A DNA stretch of 64,000 nucleotides, taken from assembly GCA_039815185.1 (NCBI GenBank), contig JBCBZT010000034.1:25863-89862 (forward strand), read 5' to 3'. Source of the stretch: Cyanobacteria bacterium P01_A01_bin.123 (GTDB taxonomy: Bacteria; Cyanobacteriota; Cyanobacteriia; Phormidesmidales; Phormidesmidaceae). The notes beneath the pieces are model-generated. The model saw nothing but the letters and a program-made list of their open reading frames with translations, was not told the origin of the DNA and did not search any database. This document shows positions 39,284 to 49,698 of the stretch, in pieces (positions within the stretch are counted from its first letter, which is position 1; each line of letters opens with the position of its first letter). Both the position numbers and the translations under genes were made by a program.

Positions 39284-39958
39284 TTAATCATATTTCAGTC
39301 GATACCCCATGCTGCGTATAGTTTCAATTAGATTGCTACCGAGCTTTTTGCGCAGATATCCAACATAAACATCAACGATATTAGAACCGGGATCGTAGTC
39401 ATAGCCCCAGACATGATCTAAAAGCTGTTCACGACTCATAATTTGTCCCGGATGGCGGATAAAGGTTTCGATTAGGGTAAATTCTCGGGTAGAAAGGGTG
39501 ATCGGACGGCCACTGAGTTTGACTATTCGAGTGTGCAGATTCAGTTCAATATCACCAAAAACCAGGATGTTGTCTGTAGAAGTCGCATTTTGGGTAAAAA
39601 GTTCACGCAGGCGAACTCGGACACGCGCTAATAATTCTTCAAACCGAAAGGGCTTGGTCAAGTAATCATCTGCTCCCTGTTCGAAGCCCATCACCTTATC
39701 CTTAATATCACCACGCCCTGTCAAGATAATAACGGCCATGGCTATCCCTTGCCCTCGCAGTTCCTCCAACACGCTCAATCCATCCTTGCCAGGCAAGCCT
39801 AAGTCAAGAATCATCAGTTCAAACTGCTCACAAAGCGCCAATTCAAGGGCATCCCTACCATTTGCGGCAATTGTGGGGGTAAATCCATTCGAACGCAATC
39901 CTTTATCAATAAAGGCTGCAATTCGGGGCTCATCTTCGACAATGAGAATGCGACTCAT
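39284..39958 (-). CDS. OmpR-family response regulator
   Basis: VEDE, LDLGLPG, KPF, ETIRSMGY; close paralog of 13826-14503. Confidence 0.93.
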   Translation of the reverse strand: MSRILIVEDEPRIAAFIDKGLRSNGFTPTIAANGRDALELALCEQFELMILDLGLPGKDGLSVLEELRGQGIAMAVIILTGRGDIKDKVMGFEQGADDYLTKPFRFEELLARVRVRLRELFTQNATSTDNILVFGDIELNLHTRIVKLSGRPITLSTREFTLIETFIRHPGQIMSREQLLDHVWGYDYDPGSNIVDVYVGYLRKKLGSNLIETIRSMGYRLKYD

Positions 39959-40377
39959 GGGTTTTGGGAATTCCGCTTCCTGAAGTCTAATTCCTACGAA
40001 ATAATGGTTTTAAGAAGCTCCGTTTATAACAAAAAGATTTCATAGTCTTCGCTATTTACAAGCAGCACCAACAGCAAAAACCACATCGCTCTAAACATTT
40101 AATTCCCGATGAATTTCTCTGGATTAGCATTATTATCCAGTGCTATATTCTGCAGCGCTACATCAAAGCGTTCCTTGCCAGAAAGGTTGAGAGCCAAGCC
40201 TCTAATACAAAGAATTTAAGTCTTTAAAGGATTCTGTCTATGGCTTACTTGATGCTTTTAATTATTTATCAAGCATACCTAAAGAGGCTGAAGCTTCACT
40301 ACTATCATCTAGCTAGTTCTGCCAATGAGGAGACAGTATCCTGCAACTATCCAGGTGGATATCCAGGTGGACTGGTT

Positions 40378-41055
40378 TCAAATTAAACCTTCACGTACGG
40401 CCTTGGCTGCCGCCTGTACCCGATCATCCACGCTTAACTTATTCAGAATCATCCGCACATAAGACTTTACCGTTCCCAACGAAAGGTATAGCTGTGTTGC
40501 AATTTCCTGGTTTGAAAATCCTTCACTAATTAACTGAATCACTTCTCGTTCTCGATCGGTAAGCACAGAAACCATCGTCTCTTTGGGTAACGGAGGTGCA
40601 GTGGGTGAGGTCGTCGATTTCAGCATCAAGGCAAGTCTATGGGCAATTTGAGGATCCAAGTATGTGCCGCCGCCTTGAATTAATCGAATCACGGCTAGCA
40701 GTTGCGGCCATTCGATACTTTTGAGGCAATAACCATCGGCGCCAGCCGCCAACATTCCCACAACTTGGTTATCTTTGCCAAAAGCACTCAAGGCTAAGAC
40801 CCGAATTTCTGGGTGGCTTTCTTTGAGCTGTTGGGTAGCAGAAATCCCGTCCATGATGGGTAAGTCAATGTCCATCAGAACAATGTCGGGTTTGAGCTGA
40901 ATTGCCAAATCTACTGCCTGTTGGCCATTGTCAGCATCCCCGATCACTTCAAAATCAGGCTCCAGACTAAACTGCCCCTGTAGGCCCCGGCGCATGAGCG
41001 CATGATCTTCTACTAAAAGAACGCGAATGGGGGAAGATGCGGCTTGCTCAGACAT
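40378..41055 (-). CDS. NarL/LuxR-family response regulator
   Basis: VEDH, MDIDLP, LTDREREVIQLISEGFSNQEIA. Confidence 0.93.
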   Translation of the reverse strand: MSEQAASSPIRVLLVEDHALMRRGLQGQFSLEPDFEVIGDADNGQQAVDLAIQLKPDIVLMDIDLPIMDGISATQQLKESHPEIRVLALSAFGKDNQVVGMLAAGADGYCLKSIEWPQLLAVIRLIQGGGTYLDPQIAHRLALMLKSTTSPTAPPLPKETMVSVLTDREREVIQLISEGFSNQEIATQLYLSLGTVKSYVRMILNKLSVDDRVQAAAKAVREGLI

Positions 41056-41190
41056 GCTGACCTCAATAATTTGAGCGGCTTACTCCATAGAGCAAGTCTT
41101 GCATGTCTAGGATAGAGGATTGTCAATGTTATTTTGCAAAAATCGAGAATAGATCTTGGAGGAAGCAGGACATTCTAGACCTCGAGATCA

Positions 41191-42783
41191 TCAACTAGAC
41201 GCGGTTATAGGGGCTTTATCGCTTATTGTGCAAAGCTCGGTTGGCAGCATAAACCAGAATGTGGCACCTAGCCCCAGGCTGCTCTCCACCCAAATTCTGC
41301 CTCCATGGGCTTCAATGATTTGGCGGCAGAGATAAAGACCTAGACCCACCCTACCGTGACGCCCAGTCCCCTGTGAAAATCGATAAAACAATCGGTTGGC
41401 TTCCTGCTCTGCCAACCCCGGCCCCTGATCGTGAACACCGACTTGAATATGCCCTGAATCAGCTGGGATGACTTCAATCAGAACGCGCTTACCTGGTTCG
41501 CTTAAACGCACAGCATTGTCAACTAAGTTTTGCAACACCCGCTGAATCTCAATTGGATCACCGTAAACCTTGGCTAATCCAGGCTTAATGCAGAGGTGTA
41601 ATGAGCACTTATGTTGAGAACTGCTATGAATCCAGGCGATAACACGATTGCAAAGTTTATCCCAATCTAGTGGCTCTCGATTTAAGATCTGACTCCCCCC
41701 AGCTTCATAGCGGCTGATATCAAGGAGAGTTTCTACGAGCTTAATGAGATTATCATTGGCCTCGCGATATTCTGTCAAAAGCGTTTTGAGTGCATCGTTT
41801 ACGGGGCCAAACGCGCCACCAAGGATAGCACTTAAGGTGCTTCGATTAGCAAGTAACGGCGTTCGTAAATCGTGTGAGAGCGTGCTGATCAAGTCTTCTA
41901 GTTGTTGGTTCCGCTGTTGAATCTTCTCCTGCCGCAGCCTAATATCGCTAGCCATGCCGTTGAGGGTTTCTGCCAAACGTCCAACTTCATCTTCTGAAAC
42001 ATGATCAATTTGGACGGTTAGTTGCCCAGTTTTCCAGGCATGTCCCACTTTGATGAGTTGCTGAGTAGGCGAGATGACGCGACGACGCAACAATGCAAAA
42101 TTTAATCCGCTCCCGACGATAATGATGCCGATACTCAGACCACTCAAACTAAAACTCAGTTGATTTAACCCCTCTAAACGGGCAAGCCTGCTATTTTGTG
42201 CATCTAGGAGTGATTGTTCATATTCAAGAATGCGATTTACTGTTTCTCTCAAAGTATCTAAGGAGCCTTGTTCAGATAAGGTTTCGATTTCAAAAGTTTT
42301 TTGAATCACTGGTTGAGCAAATTGCGATTCCCATTCACTATGAAAAGCTTTAATGACCGCCAAGTTTTCTTGCTGACGGGGATTATTTCCTAAGAGTTGA
42401 GAGAGTCTTTCAAGACTATTCGAAAAGGTGTCTTGTCCAGCTTGGTACTGCTCCAAAAATTCATCATTCGAATCCAGTAAATAACCCCTCAGAGCAACTT
42501 TTTCTTCTAGCGCTGCCCTCAGGAGCCTTTCACTTTCGCGCTTGATCTGAAAGGTTTGATTAATGCTGTCAACAGTTTGCTGCTTAAGAATACTGACTAC
42601 AAGGCTGAGCCCCTCCTGAGCGAGTAAAAGGAATATCAGCACCGCCAAACTGGCATATAACGGTGCGAATAAACGCTTGCTCAGGAAAGACAACTTCAAC
42701 GGTTTGAGTACTGGATTACAATTAGGTCTACCTACCTTAACCCAAGTCCAGCCTGGAATATGGAATTTCCCCACAAACAACAC
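41191..42783 (-). CDS. CHASE3-HAMP sensor histidine kinase (start uncertain)
   Basis: LRGYLL..EFLEQY CHASE3 motif, DEVGRLA, SHDLRTP, DQGPG, GLGL. Confidence 0.9.
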   Translation of the reverse strand: MLFVGKFHIPGWTWVKVGRPNCNPVLKPLKLSFLSKRLFAPLYASLAVLIFLLLAQEGLSLVVSILKQQTVDSINQTFQIKRESERLLRAALEEKVALRGYLLDSNDEFLEQYQAGQDTFSNSLERLSQLLGNNPRQQENLAVIKAFHSEWESQFAQPVIQKTFEIETLSEQGSLDTLRETVNRILEYEQSLLDAQNSRLARLEGLNQLSFSLSGLSIGIIIVGSGLNFALLRRRVISPTQQLIKVGHAWKTGQLTVQIDHVSEDEVGRLAETLNGMASDIRLRQEKIQQRNQQLEDLISTLSHDLRTPLLANRSTLSAILGGAFGPVNDALKTLLTEYREANDNLIKLVETLLDISRYEAGGSQILNREPLDWDKLCNRVIAWIHSSSQHKCSLHLCIKPGLAKVYGDPIEIQRVLQNLVDNAVRLSEPGKRVLIEVIPADSGHIQVGVHDQGPGLAEQEANRLFYRFSQGTGRHGRVGLGLYLCRQIIEAHGGRIWVESSLGLGATFWFMLPTELCTISDKAPITASS

Positions 42784-42924
42784 GCCAAGTTTGGACTTGG
42801 ACAGAGCTTATATCTCAATGGTATAGCGTTCCAAAAGATCCCTAAGCGGCAATAGGCTCCTCATAGGGGAGCAAGGTCGCTTTTTAGCCAAGATGTCTAG
42901 GTATGAGTGCTGTTCAAATCTCAT

Positions 42925-43311
42925 TCAAGCTTTGAGGGTCAACGCTGCGATCGCCAGACAGCTCCATCCCACTAAAAACCCTAGCCCTCCCAATGGAGCC
43001 AATGCTCCCATCCATTTCACCCCTGCCAGACTCAGGATATACAAACTGCCAGAAAACAGCACAACTCCAGCAATATAGGCCCAGCCTGCACTGATTAAGA
43101 ATACTGGCGAAACCTCTGTGGTGAGCAGCAACAGGGCAATCAACAGCAGTGCTAGCGCATGATACATCTGATAGCGGATGCCAGTCTCAAAAGTCGCCAA
43201 AGCTTTTTCAGTCAGCATGTTTTTCAGACTATGGGTCGCAAACGCACCACCCGCAACAGACAAGCCGCCGAGAATAGCCGCGATCGCCAAGAAGAATTTT
43301 GCAAACGTCAT
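42925..43311 (-). CDS. DUF423 (YgdD/TMEM256) membrane protein
   Basis: GAFATH, YQMYHAL, LFSGSLY, PLGG. Confidence 0.9.
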   Translation of the reverse strand: MTFAKFFLAIAAILGGLSVAGGAFATHSLKNMLTEKALATFETGIRYQMYHALALLLIALLLLTTEVSPVFLISAGWAYIAGVVLFSGSLYILSLAGVKWMGALAPLGGLGFLVGWSCLAIAALTLKA

Positions 43312-43329
43312 AAAACTCCTTAGATTCGT

Positions 43330-43992
43330 CTAAGACCTGAGTACTAGTGCAACCTGAGCGCCCACACTTTCCAACTGCCGCTTATAGTCTTCCGCAACCT
43401 TTTGCGAAGCATTACGCTGAACGGGTTGAGGCACAGTCTTCACCAAAGTTTTTACCTCTTTCCAACCCAAGCCCGTAATGTGCTGTACAACTTTCACCAC
43501 CTGACGCCGTTTATACACCGGCACTGCTTCTAAAACCACATCGAAATATTGTTCTGGGGAAGAATTCAGTAGTTGAGTGTTGACCTTACCCAGGTTGAAG
43601 TAATAAGTGATGCCCCCTGTATCGTCTACCTGAAAATCTGCGTTGTAAACGCGAGCGCGCTGATTCAGGTAGTCAATGGCAGCTTCTCCGGTTAGTCCTG
43701 TTTCCATCGAGAAGCGAATCGGGGCAATATAACCCTTGCCTGCTTTAACCAGCTGAAAAAAAATGCCCTGCAAGCGTTCACGTTCTTCTCGCTTACGCTG
43801 CAAATGGGTGTCCAACCCCAACCAACCCCCGAATCCAGCAGCCGGAATGCCTAACAAAATACCAGCAGTGACGGTTTCTCGCTTGTCTAGTCGGCTTGGA
43901 TTATTGTCTAGTCCCGTTTCCACCGCCCGGGCCAAACACCAAAACCCAATCACCAGCAAAACTGCCGCTGATATTTGCTTAACGATTCTCAT
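43330..43992 (-). CDS. Two-TM protein with C-terminal ribosomal L7/L12-like domain
   Basis: FDVVLE..VVKVV..ITGLGWKEVKTLV..P..A..QLESVGA. Confidence 0.75.
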   Translation of the reverse strand: MRIVKQISAAVLLVIGFWCLARAVETGLDNNPSRLDKRETVTAGILLGIPAAGFGGWLGLDTHLQRKREERERLQGIFFQLVKAGKGYIAPIRFSMETGLTGEAAIDYLNQRARVYNADFQVDDTGGITYYFNLGKVNTQLLNSSPEQYFDVVLEAVPVYKRRQVVKVVQHITGLGWKEVKTLVKTVPQPVQRNASQKVAEDYKRQLESVGAQVALVLRS

Positions 43993-44417
43993 AACGGAAA
44001 TACATAGGTAATGTCGCCGCGATCGCTCACGTTAAAGTCAGCCCCAAATTCCGTAGCCCGAGCATCAAGGTATTCTCGGGCAGCCTCGCCTTCGAGATCC
44101 GAGGCCATCGCAAACTTCAAGACAGAAACTTCGCCCTGATTCTCTTGAAGTAACGTGAAAAACAGCTCACGCAGTTCTGCTTGGGATTTCGCCTGTTGAA
44201 TTTTCTTAGCCCTGGCGCCTTGCCGAAAGCCGCTCCACAGTAAAAAACCACCCCCGAGCAGGGGTGGCCCTGCAAAGATAACGCTAGCGGCAATGTAAGC
44301 CCCTGGCCCTTCATCCTCGTTGTATTCAGGATCATTCATCACAGCGATCAAGGCTGTCAAAAAGATTAACCCGATCGAAAAGAGAATACCGCCAAAGGTA
44401 AATTTTAACGCCCGCAT
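43989..44417 (-). CDS. Two-TM hypothetical protein, paralog of the N-terminal part of 43330-43992
   Basis: Shared F.M...L.GEAA..YL..RA....ADF.V...G.ITY.F pattern. Confidence 0.75.
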   Translation of the reverse strand: MRALKFTFGGILFSIGLIFLTALIAVMNDPEYNEDEGPGAYIAASVIFAGPPLLGGGFLLWSGFRQGARAKKIQQAKSQAELRELFFTLLQENQGEVSVLKFAMASDLEGEAAREYLDARATEFGADFNVSDRGDITYVFPL

Positions 44418-44447
44418 GGATGCTTAAACAGGTCAACTGCTGCGATT

Positions 44448-45155
44448 TTAGCCTTCCTCACGAACCGCTTCGAGCAACCGAGAAAAATAAAATTGGGTTT
44501 TGGTCATTGCAGTCCGCTCGATCTTCCAGCCGTTAGCCTCTAGCACCCGCACCACATCAGCCTCTTTGTGTAAATAAGCACGGGTGGCTTTGCTGGGGCC
44601 AGGGAAGAAATCACCTATTTTCTTCAACACGGTATAAACACAAGTTTTCGGAGCAAAGCTCAAAATCAAGCGCGATTCCGCCAAAGCGCTTAAGTGGGTG
44701 ATCATCTCTGCGGCTTTGTCTTGGGGATAGTGAATCAACACATCCAGACAAATAACGCTGTGATGCTTACCCTCAATCTTTTCTAGGTCTTTGGCTTCAA
44801 AGACAGGCACTTGCTCAGCCGACAGCACTGCGTTTGCCCGCTCCTTGGCTTCCCCTACCATTTTCTCGGAAATGTCGGCAGCGTAAATTTTTGCCCCCGC
44901 CGCAGCCAACGGAATGCTTAGACTACCGACCCCGCACCCTGCATCGCAAATGGTTAGCCCAGCCAAATTACCGTCGCCTTTGAGCCACCCCATCACAGTA
45001 TCGACGGTTTGTTGATGCCCCTTACGAATATCAAGCTGTACCTTGTTGACCTCGCCATCGCCATAAATGCGTCGCCAGCGATCGAAGCCAGTCGCGTTGA
45101 AATACTCGCGGACAACCGTTTTATCGTCAACCTTCTGGTCAAGGGTGTTAGTCAT
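44448..45155 (-). CDS. chlM: Magnesium protoporphyrin IX methyltransferase
   Basis: YFNATGFDRWRRIYG, CDAGCGVGSL, CLDVLIHYP, FPGPSKATRAY. Confidence 0.96.
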   Translation of the reverse strand: MTNTLDQKVDDKTVVREYFNATGFDRWRRIYGDGEVNKVQLDIRKGHQQTVDTVMGWLKGDGNLAGLTICDAGCGVGSLSIPLAAAGAKIYAADISEKMVGEAKERANAVLSAEQVPVFEAKDLEKIEGKHHSVICLDVLIHYPQDKAAEMITHLSALAESRLILSFAPKTCVYTVLKKIGDFFPGPSKATRAYLHKEADVVRVLEANGWKIERTAMTKTQFYFSRLLEAVREEG

Positions 45156-45203
45156 GGAGAGCCTGGGAAACTGGGGTACAACAACTGACAGTGTTAAATC
45201 CTA

Positions 45204-46421
45204 TTACGTTTTACAGTCCCAAAGAAATTTTTCGTTATGAAACGAAATACGTTGCCAGACCAGCTTGTCCCCTTCCCCCCGCCAGCATAGCAGCGTTGCC
45301 GGGTGCCCAACGCCAATGCCCGGTAGTCCCAGTGCTTTGCGGGGGGCTTCAGTCGCTAGGGCGATCGCCTCTGGTGCAGTACACAAGCCCCACCTCACTA
45401 AATTTTTCACCCCATCTAGCAGCGGTAGGGTGGTGCCCGATAAAGTGCCATCAGATAGTCTTGCAGTGCCTTGCATAACTTTAATCTGGCGGCTATCCCA
45501 AGGATAAATGCCATCGGGGAGTCCCAGCGGAGCCAAGGCATCACTGACGAGAAATATTCCGCCCCATGGGTTTGTCGCTAAGTGGTTAGCATGACTCCGT
45601 TGCCCTCGACTTGCCCTGAGCAAAATATCGAGCATGGTCGGGCAAACATGTTGGCCATCCGCAATTAAACCGCAGGCGACTTGGGGATGGGCGATCGCGG
45701 CCCCGAGTAGCCCTGGTTCACGGTGGTGCAGACCGGGCATGGCGTTGAAGGCATGGGTCACCATTGATGCACCCTGATCAAAAGCCCGCTGAGCCTGAGT
45801 TGCCGTTGCTAGGGAGTGGCCCAAACTGACGGTGATGTTTTGCGATCGCAGATAAGGAATCGTTGCTTCGGCCCCATCTAGCTCTGGTGCAAGGGTGATT
45901 AAGCGGACAATATCAGCATGATTTCCCAAAACCTGCTTGATCGTTTCAACCGATAGCGGTTGTAAATATTCCTGCGGGTGCGCTCCCCGCTTAGCAGGAT
46001 TCAAACACGGGCCTTCTAGATGAGCCCCCAACGCGATCGCGGCCTCACAGCCATTTTGAGTCAGTCGCTCGAAAGCTTTCAACACCGCTAAAGCCTGATG
46101 GAATTTTTCGATTGATGTGGTCACCAGCGTCGGCAAAAAAGCATCAATGCCTTGATGCCAAAGAAACTTAGCGATCTGAGTCAGGCGCTCTTCATGCCCT
46201 GGTAGCAGATCTGGAAAAGCAAGGCCCAAAGCACCATTGATTTGCAAATCCACACCACCCAAAGAAATCCAATCGCCTTGCATATCAACAACAGGCGACG
46301 AATCTGGAGCTGCAAAAGCGCTCATCGGCGCGATCGCAGTGATTGTATCAGCTTCGACTCGTAGATATTGCAGCTCGCTCAAACCAACCACATGGGCATG
46401 GGTCAACGTGTAAGACGCCAT
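45204..46421 (-). CDS. nagA: N-acetylglucosamine-6-phosphate deacetylase
   Basis: DLQING, HLEGP, GAH, TLAPE, THAFNAM, IADGQH, SDA. Confidence 0.94.
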   Translation of the reverse strand: MASYTLTHAHVVGLSELQYLRVEADTITAIAPMSAFAAPDSSPVVDMQGDWISLGGVDLQINGALGLAFPDLLPGHEERLTQIAKFLWHQGIDAFLPTLVTTSIEKFHQALAVLKAFERLTQNGCEAAIALGAHLEGPCLNPAKRGAHPQEYLQPLSVETIKQVLGNHADIVRLITLAPELDGAEATIPYLRSQNITVSLGHSLATATQAQRAFDQGASMVTHAFNAMPGLHHREPGLLGAAIAHPQVACGLIADGQHVCPTMLDILLRASRGQRSHANHLATNPWGGIFLVSDALAPLGLPDGIYPWDSRQIKVMQGTARLSDGTLSGTTLPLLDGVKNLVRWGLCTAPEAIALATEAPRKALGLPGIGVGHPATLLCWRGEGDKLVWQRISFHNEKFLWDCKT

Positions 46422-46526
46422 TGTTTCAGCTCAATGATGAGTACTATCAACGCACAACAAGGAACACGGTTTAAGATCACCGTTATCTAAAAATCATCAC
46501 TCAAAATTGAACCGGCTGAAAGCTTT

Positions 46527-47048
46527 ATGACTACTCCAGAAATCGGCATCATTATGGGCAGCGACTCTGATTTGCCAACCATGCAAGCCGCGATCGCGAT
46601 TTGCGAGCACTTCGAAGTCCCCCATGAAGTTGCCATTATCTCTGCCCATCGTACCCCTGATAGGATGGTGGATTACGCCAAAACCGCCCATATTCGCGGG
46701 CTCAAAGTCATTATTGCTGGGGCTGGGGGGGCTGCCCACCTCCCTGGCATGGTTGCTGCACTTACACCACTGCCTGTAGTCGGTGTACCCGTTCAGACTC
46801 GCGCCCTGAGCGGGCTAGATTCGCTCTACTCAATTGTGCAAATGCCAGGGGGAATTCCTGTGGCGACAGTCGCTATTGGCAACGCGACAAATGCAGGTCT
46901 ACTTGCCATCCAAATTCTCGCGAGCCATCGACCCACACTGCTTGAAAAAGTGCAAACTTACCGCCATGAATTAGCCAGCACCGTCATTGATAAGCAAACT
47001 CGCTTGTCACATCAAGGCTATCAAACCTACTTATCTGAAAACCTATAA
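46527..47048 (+). CDS. purE: N5-carboxyaminoimidazole ribonucleotide mutase
   Basis: [30 protein letters not shown]. Confidence 0.97.
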   Translation: MTTPEIGIIMGSDSDLPTMQAAIAICEHFEVPHEVAIISAHRTPDRMVDYAKTAHIRGLKVIIAGAGGAAHLPGMVAALTPLPVVGVPVQTRALSGLDSLYSIVQMPGGIPVATVAIGNATNAGLLAIQILASHRPTLLEKVQTYRHELASTVIDKQTRLSHQGYQTYLSENL

Positions 47049-47109
47049 GGCCTGATTTCAAGAATTTTTGTGTTGCAAAATTGCAAAATTGACGACTTCA
47101 TCAAAGAAT

Positions 47110-47125
47110 TGTATCACTCAATACA
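47110..47125. promoter_or_regulatory. NtcA binding site upstream of amt1
   Basis: TGTA-TCACTCAA-TACA is a perfect GTA-N8-TAC. Confidence 0.8.
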
Positions 47126-47489
47126 GATTGTCTTGTATCAAAATTGGTGGAATCATTCTGACTTTGTCTGTAAATTTGGGGACTACCAAACGACTCAGGA
47201 GTATTCCGTATCAAAAGCGCCCTGCTTTTACTTGGATAATATTGGCTCTCCCTGTAGAGTCCTGATTGTATAACCGTGTGATTTTGTTGTTATCAGCCCC
47301 AATTTTGTCGCTCCTCCTGGCAGGCACTTTGCCTTTGGCAGAGTCTCTGCCTTTGTTAAGGCCGTGATGATTCGACTACATCCGATTTGAAGACCTGAGT
47401 TTTTAACTTAAGGAAAAATTGTGGATCTAGTGGATCTGAATGTGGCCAAAGTTTAATTGACCTTGTGTGTTGAAGGAACGTCTGTAGAG

Positions 47490-48953
47490 ATGTCTAACTT
47501 AGCGTTATTGAGAAAACGGAGATCTAGAAGGCGGCAATCCTCCTTTTGGAACTCAAACGTACCGCCAATCAGTGAGGCAGTCCAAAGCTTCTTTGGAAAA
47601 AACTCTTGGAGTTGGTTGGTTTGTATTCCTCTGGCTTTAGTGGTGGTCGGCGTATGGGGGCTTGCAGCCCATGCCCAAGATGACGCGTTGACCCCTGAAA
47701 ATGTTCAGCAAGTCTTGGACAACATTTGGATTACCATTGCAGCTGTGCTCGTTATTTTCATGAATGCGGGCTTTGGCATGCTGGAGACTGGGTTTTGCCG
47801 CCAAAAAAACGCAGTCAATATTTTGTCCAAAAACTTGATTGTGTTTGCCCTGGCGACCTTATCGTATTGGGCTATCGGCTTCTCCCTAATGTATGGGGCT
47901 GCCGGTAACGGTTTCATCGGTGGGGGCGGCTGGTTTTTGAGCAGCGCTGATCCCACAACTTACGGTTTAGAAGACGGTGCGGGCTTAACCATCCCGGTTT
48001 CTTTCTTGTTCCAGGTTGCTTTTGCCGCAACAGCGGCCACGATCGTTTCCGGTGCCGTGGCTGAGCGAATTAAGTTCATTGACTTTATTATTTTCAGTGT
48101 GCTGCTCACCGGAATTTCTTACCCAATCACAGGTCACTGGGTCTGGGCTGGCGGCTGGTTGAGTGAAATGGGCTTTTCCGACTTTGCGGGTTCTACAGTG
48201 GTTCACTCTGTAGGGGGTTGGGCTGCGCTGATGGGTGCCGCAATTTTGGGGCCCCGTATTGGTAAGTACCAGGATGGTCGAGTCAACGCGATTCCGGGTC
48301 ACAGCATGACAGCAGCAATGCTGGGTTGCTTGATTCTCTGGATCGGCTGGTTTGGCTTCAACCCTGGTTCTGAGTTGGCTGCTAGCTTGGCGGTGCCTTA
48401 TATCGCAGTGACCACCAACTTGGCGGCGGCGGCGGGTGGCGTTGCCGCGACCTTCACGGCTTGGATCATTAGTGGTAAGCCTGACCTATCCATGATCATT
48501 AATGGTATTTTGGCCGGTCTGGTTGGAATTACGGCAGGTTGTGCTGGCGTTGGCTATTGGGGCGCAGTGATCATCGGCTTAATTGCTGGGGTGATTGTTG
48601 TGTTCTCAGTTTCTCTCTTCGACAGCATTAAGATTGACGACCCGGTTGGTGCCATTTCTGTACACCTAGTGTGCGGCATCTGGGGTACCTTAGCTGTTGG
48701 GCTTTTCGACCTCGAGTTGGGTCTGTTCTTCACGGGTAGCGTCGCTCAGTTCGGTATCCAAATTGTCGGCATTCTGGCGATTGGTGCGTTTACCGTTGTC
48801 TTTAGCGGTGTGGTCTGGATGATACTCAAGACTGTGCTCGGCTTGCGCGTTGATCCAGAAGAGGAGATGAAAGGTCTGGATATCAGCGAACACGGCATGG
48901 AAGCTTACAGTGGTTTCCTCAAGGACACCAGCGACATGGGCACGATGTCCTAA
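47490..48953 (+). CDS. amt1: Ammonium transporter Amt1
   Basis: [55 protein letters not shown] 47490 preferred. Confidence 0.95.
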   Translation: MSNLALLRKRRSRRRQSSFWNSNVPPISEAVQSFFGKNSWSWLVCIPLALVVVGVWGLAAHAQDDALTPENVQQVLDNIWITIAAVLVIFMNAGFGMLETGFCRQKNAVNILSKNLIVFALATLSYWAIGFSLMYGAAGNGFIGGGGWFLSSADPTTYGLEDGAGLTIPVSFLFQVAFAATAATIVSGAVAERIKFIDFIIFSVLLTGISYPITGHWVWAGGWLSEMGFSDFAGSTVVHSVGGWAALMGAAILGPRIGKYQDGRVNAIPGHSMTAAMLGCLILWIGWFGFNPGSELAASLAVPYIAVTTNLAAAAGGVAATFTAWIISGKPDLSMIINGILAGLVGITAGCAGVGYWGAVIIGLIAGVIVVFSVSLFDSIKIDDPVGAISVHLVCGIWGTLAVGLFDLELGLFFTGSVAQFGIQIVGILAIGAFTVVFSGVVWMILKTVLGLRVDPEEEMKGLDISEHGMEAYSGFLKDTSDMGTMS

Positions 48954-48955
48954 TT

Positions 48956-48995
48956 CCCAAACGGGTTTGATTTGACCCAAACGGGTTTGATTTGA
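48956..48995. repeat. Perfect 20-bp tandem duplication
   Basis: CCCAAACGGGTTTGATTTGA twice. Confidence 0.9.
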
Positions 48996-49004
48996 ATAGT
49001 CAGG

Positions 49005-49033
49005 ATAGGGGTTTGGCAATGCCAAACCCCTAT
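49005..49033. terminator. Strong hairpin between convergent genes
   Basis: ATAGGGGTTTGGCA-A-TGCCAAACCCCTAT. Confidence 0.65.
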
Positions 49034-49461
49034 TGCTTTTGACAGTTAGACCCCATCGGTTCTGAAAGCATTGATCGAACAGCGGTGTAGGGAATCAGCC
49101 CCAGCTTGGCCTGTACAAGGGGCCAACTCCCAGTAATGGACGGATCAACCCGACGGGTCGAAAATGCGCGCGCGATCGCCGGTACCGCTTCAATCGCGCC
49201 CAGATGAATCAAGGCTTCAATTAGATGACTGTTGAGCTCAGGGGGATTGACCAAAGATTTGCGCAAAGCACTGTGCAATATCGCCACACAATCATGAAAT
49301 AGGGAGGTTTGAGTGCGTCCCAAATATGTCAAATCACGACACACCTGAATCCGCGTTGCTAAATCGGTGCGTCCTTCCTGCAATCGTTGTCCCCGTTGAG
49401 TCAAACCAAAATCGGCTGAACTCCCTACCCTCTTACTCCCTTCGCTCTCCTGCTCGCTCAC
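49030..49461 (-). CDS. Hypothetical helical protein (resembles the DUF1186/HEAT-like C-terminal segment)
   Basis: LNSHLIEALIHLGAIEAVPAIARAF..VDPSITGSW. Confidence 0.55.
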   Translation of the reverse strand: MSEQESEGSKRVGSSADFGLTQRGQRLQEGRTDLATRIQVCRDLTYLGRTQTSLFHDCVAILHSALRKSLVNPPELNSHLIEALIHLGAIEAVPAIARAFSTRRVDPSITGSWPLVQAKLGLIPYTAVRSMLSEPMGSNCQKQ

Positions 49462-49698
49462 GCCTCACCCCCTACAGAAGATCAACTCCTGACTCCTCAC
49501 GACTCAACCCAACCATCACTATCTACTTTACAAACCCCACAACTGCACCGTTTTGCCAGAAGATGAGAGAAGCATCAATATTCCTATGTATTGGCTTGGT
49601 TCAGGCGCCTGCTTTGTTCATTGTCGGAGAGGCGGTAACCTCGTGCAATTCTAGGCGTACAGGTTGGCTTATCGCGCTGAAAAGAGTTTTGAGTCTCT

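Noticed and set aside
40348..40371. 12-bp tandem duplication TATCCAGGTGGA
   Set aside because: Two copies only, just past a stop codon; most simply slippage
47400..47489. Glutamine riboswitch (glnA motif) before amt1, prompted by GAAGGAACG
   Set aside because: The 5' CGTTC strand and GGAAGTA core are not visible; none seen upstream of the accessory amt either
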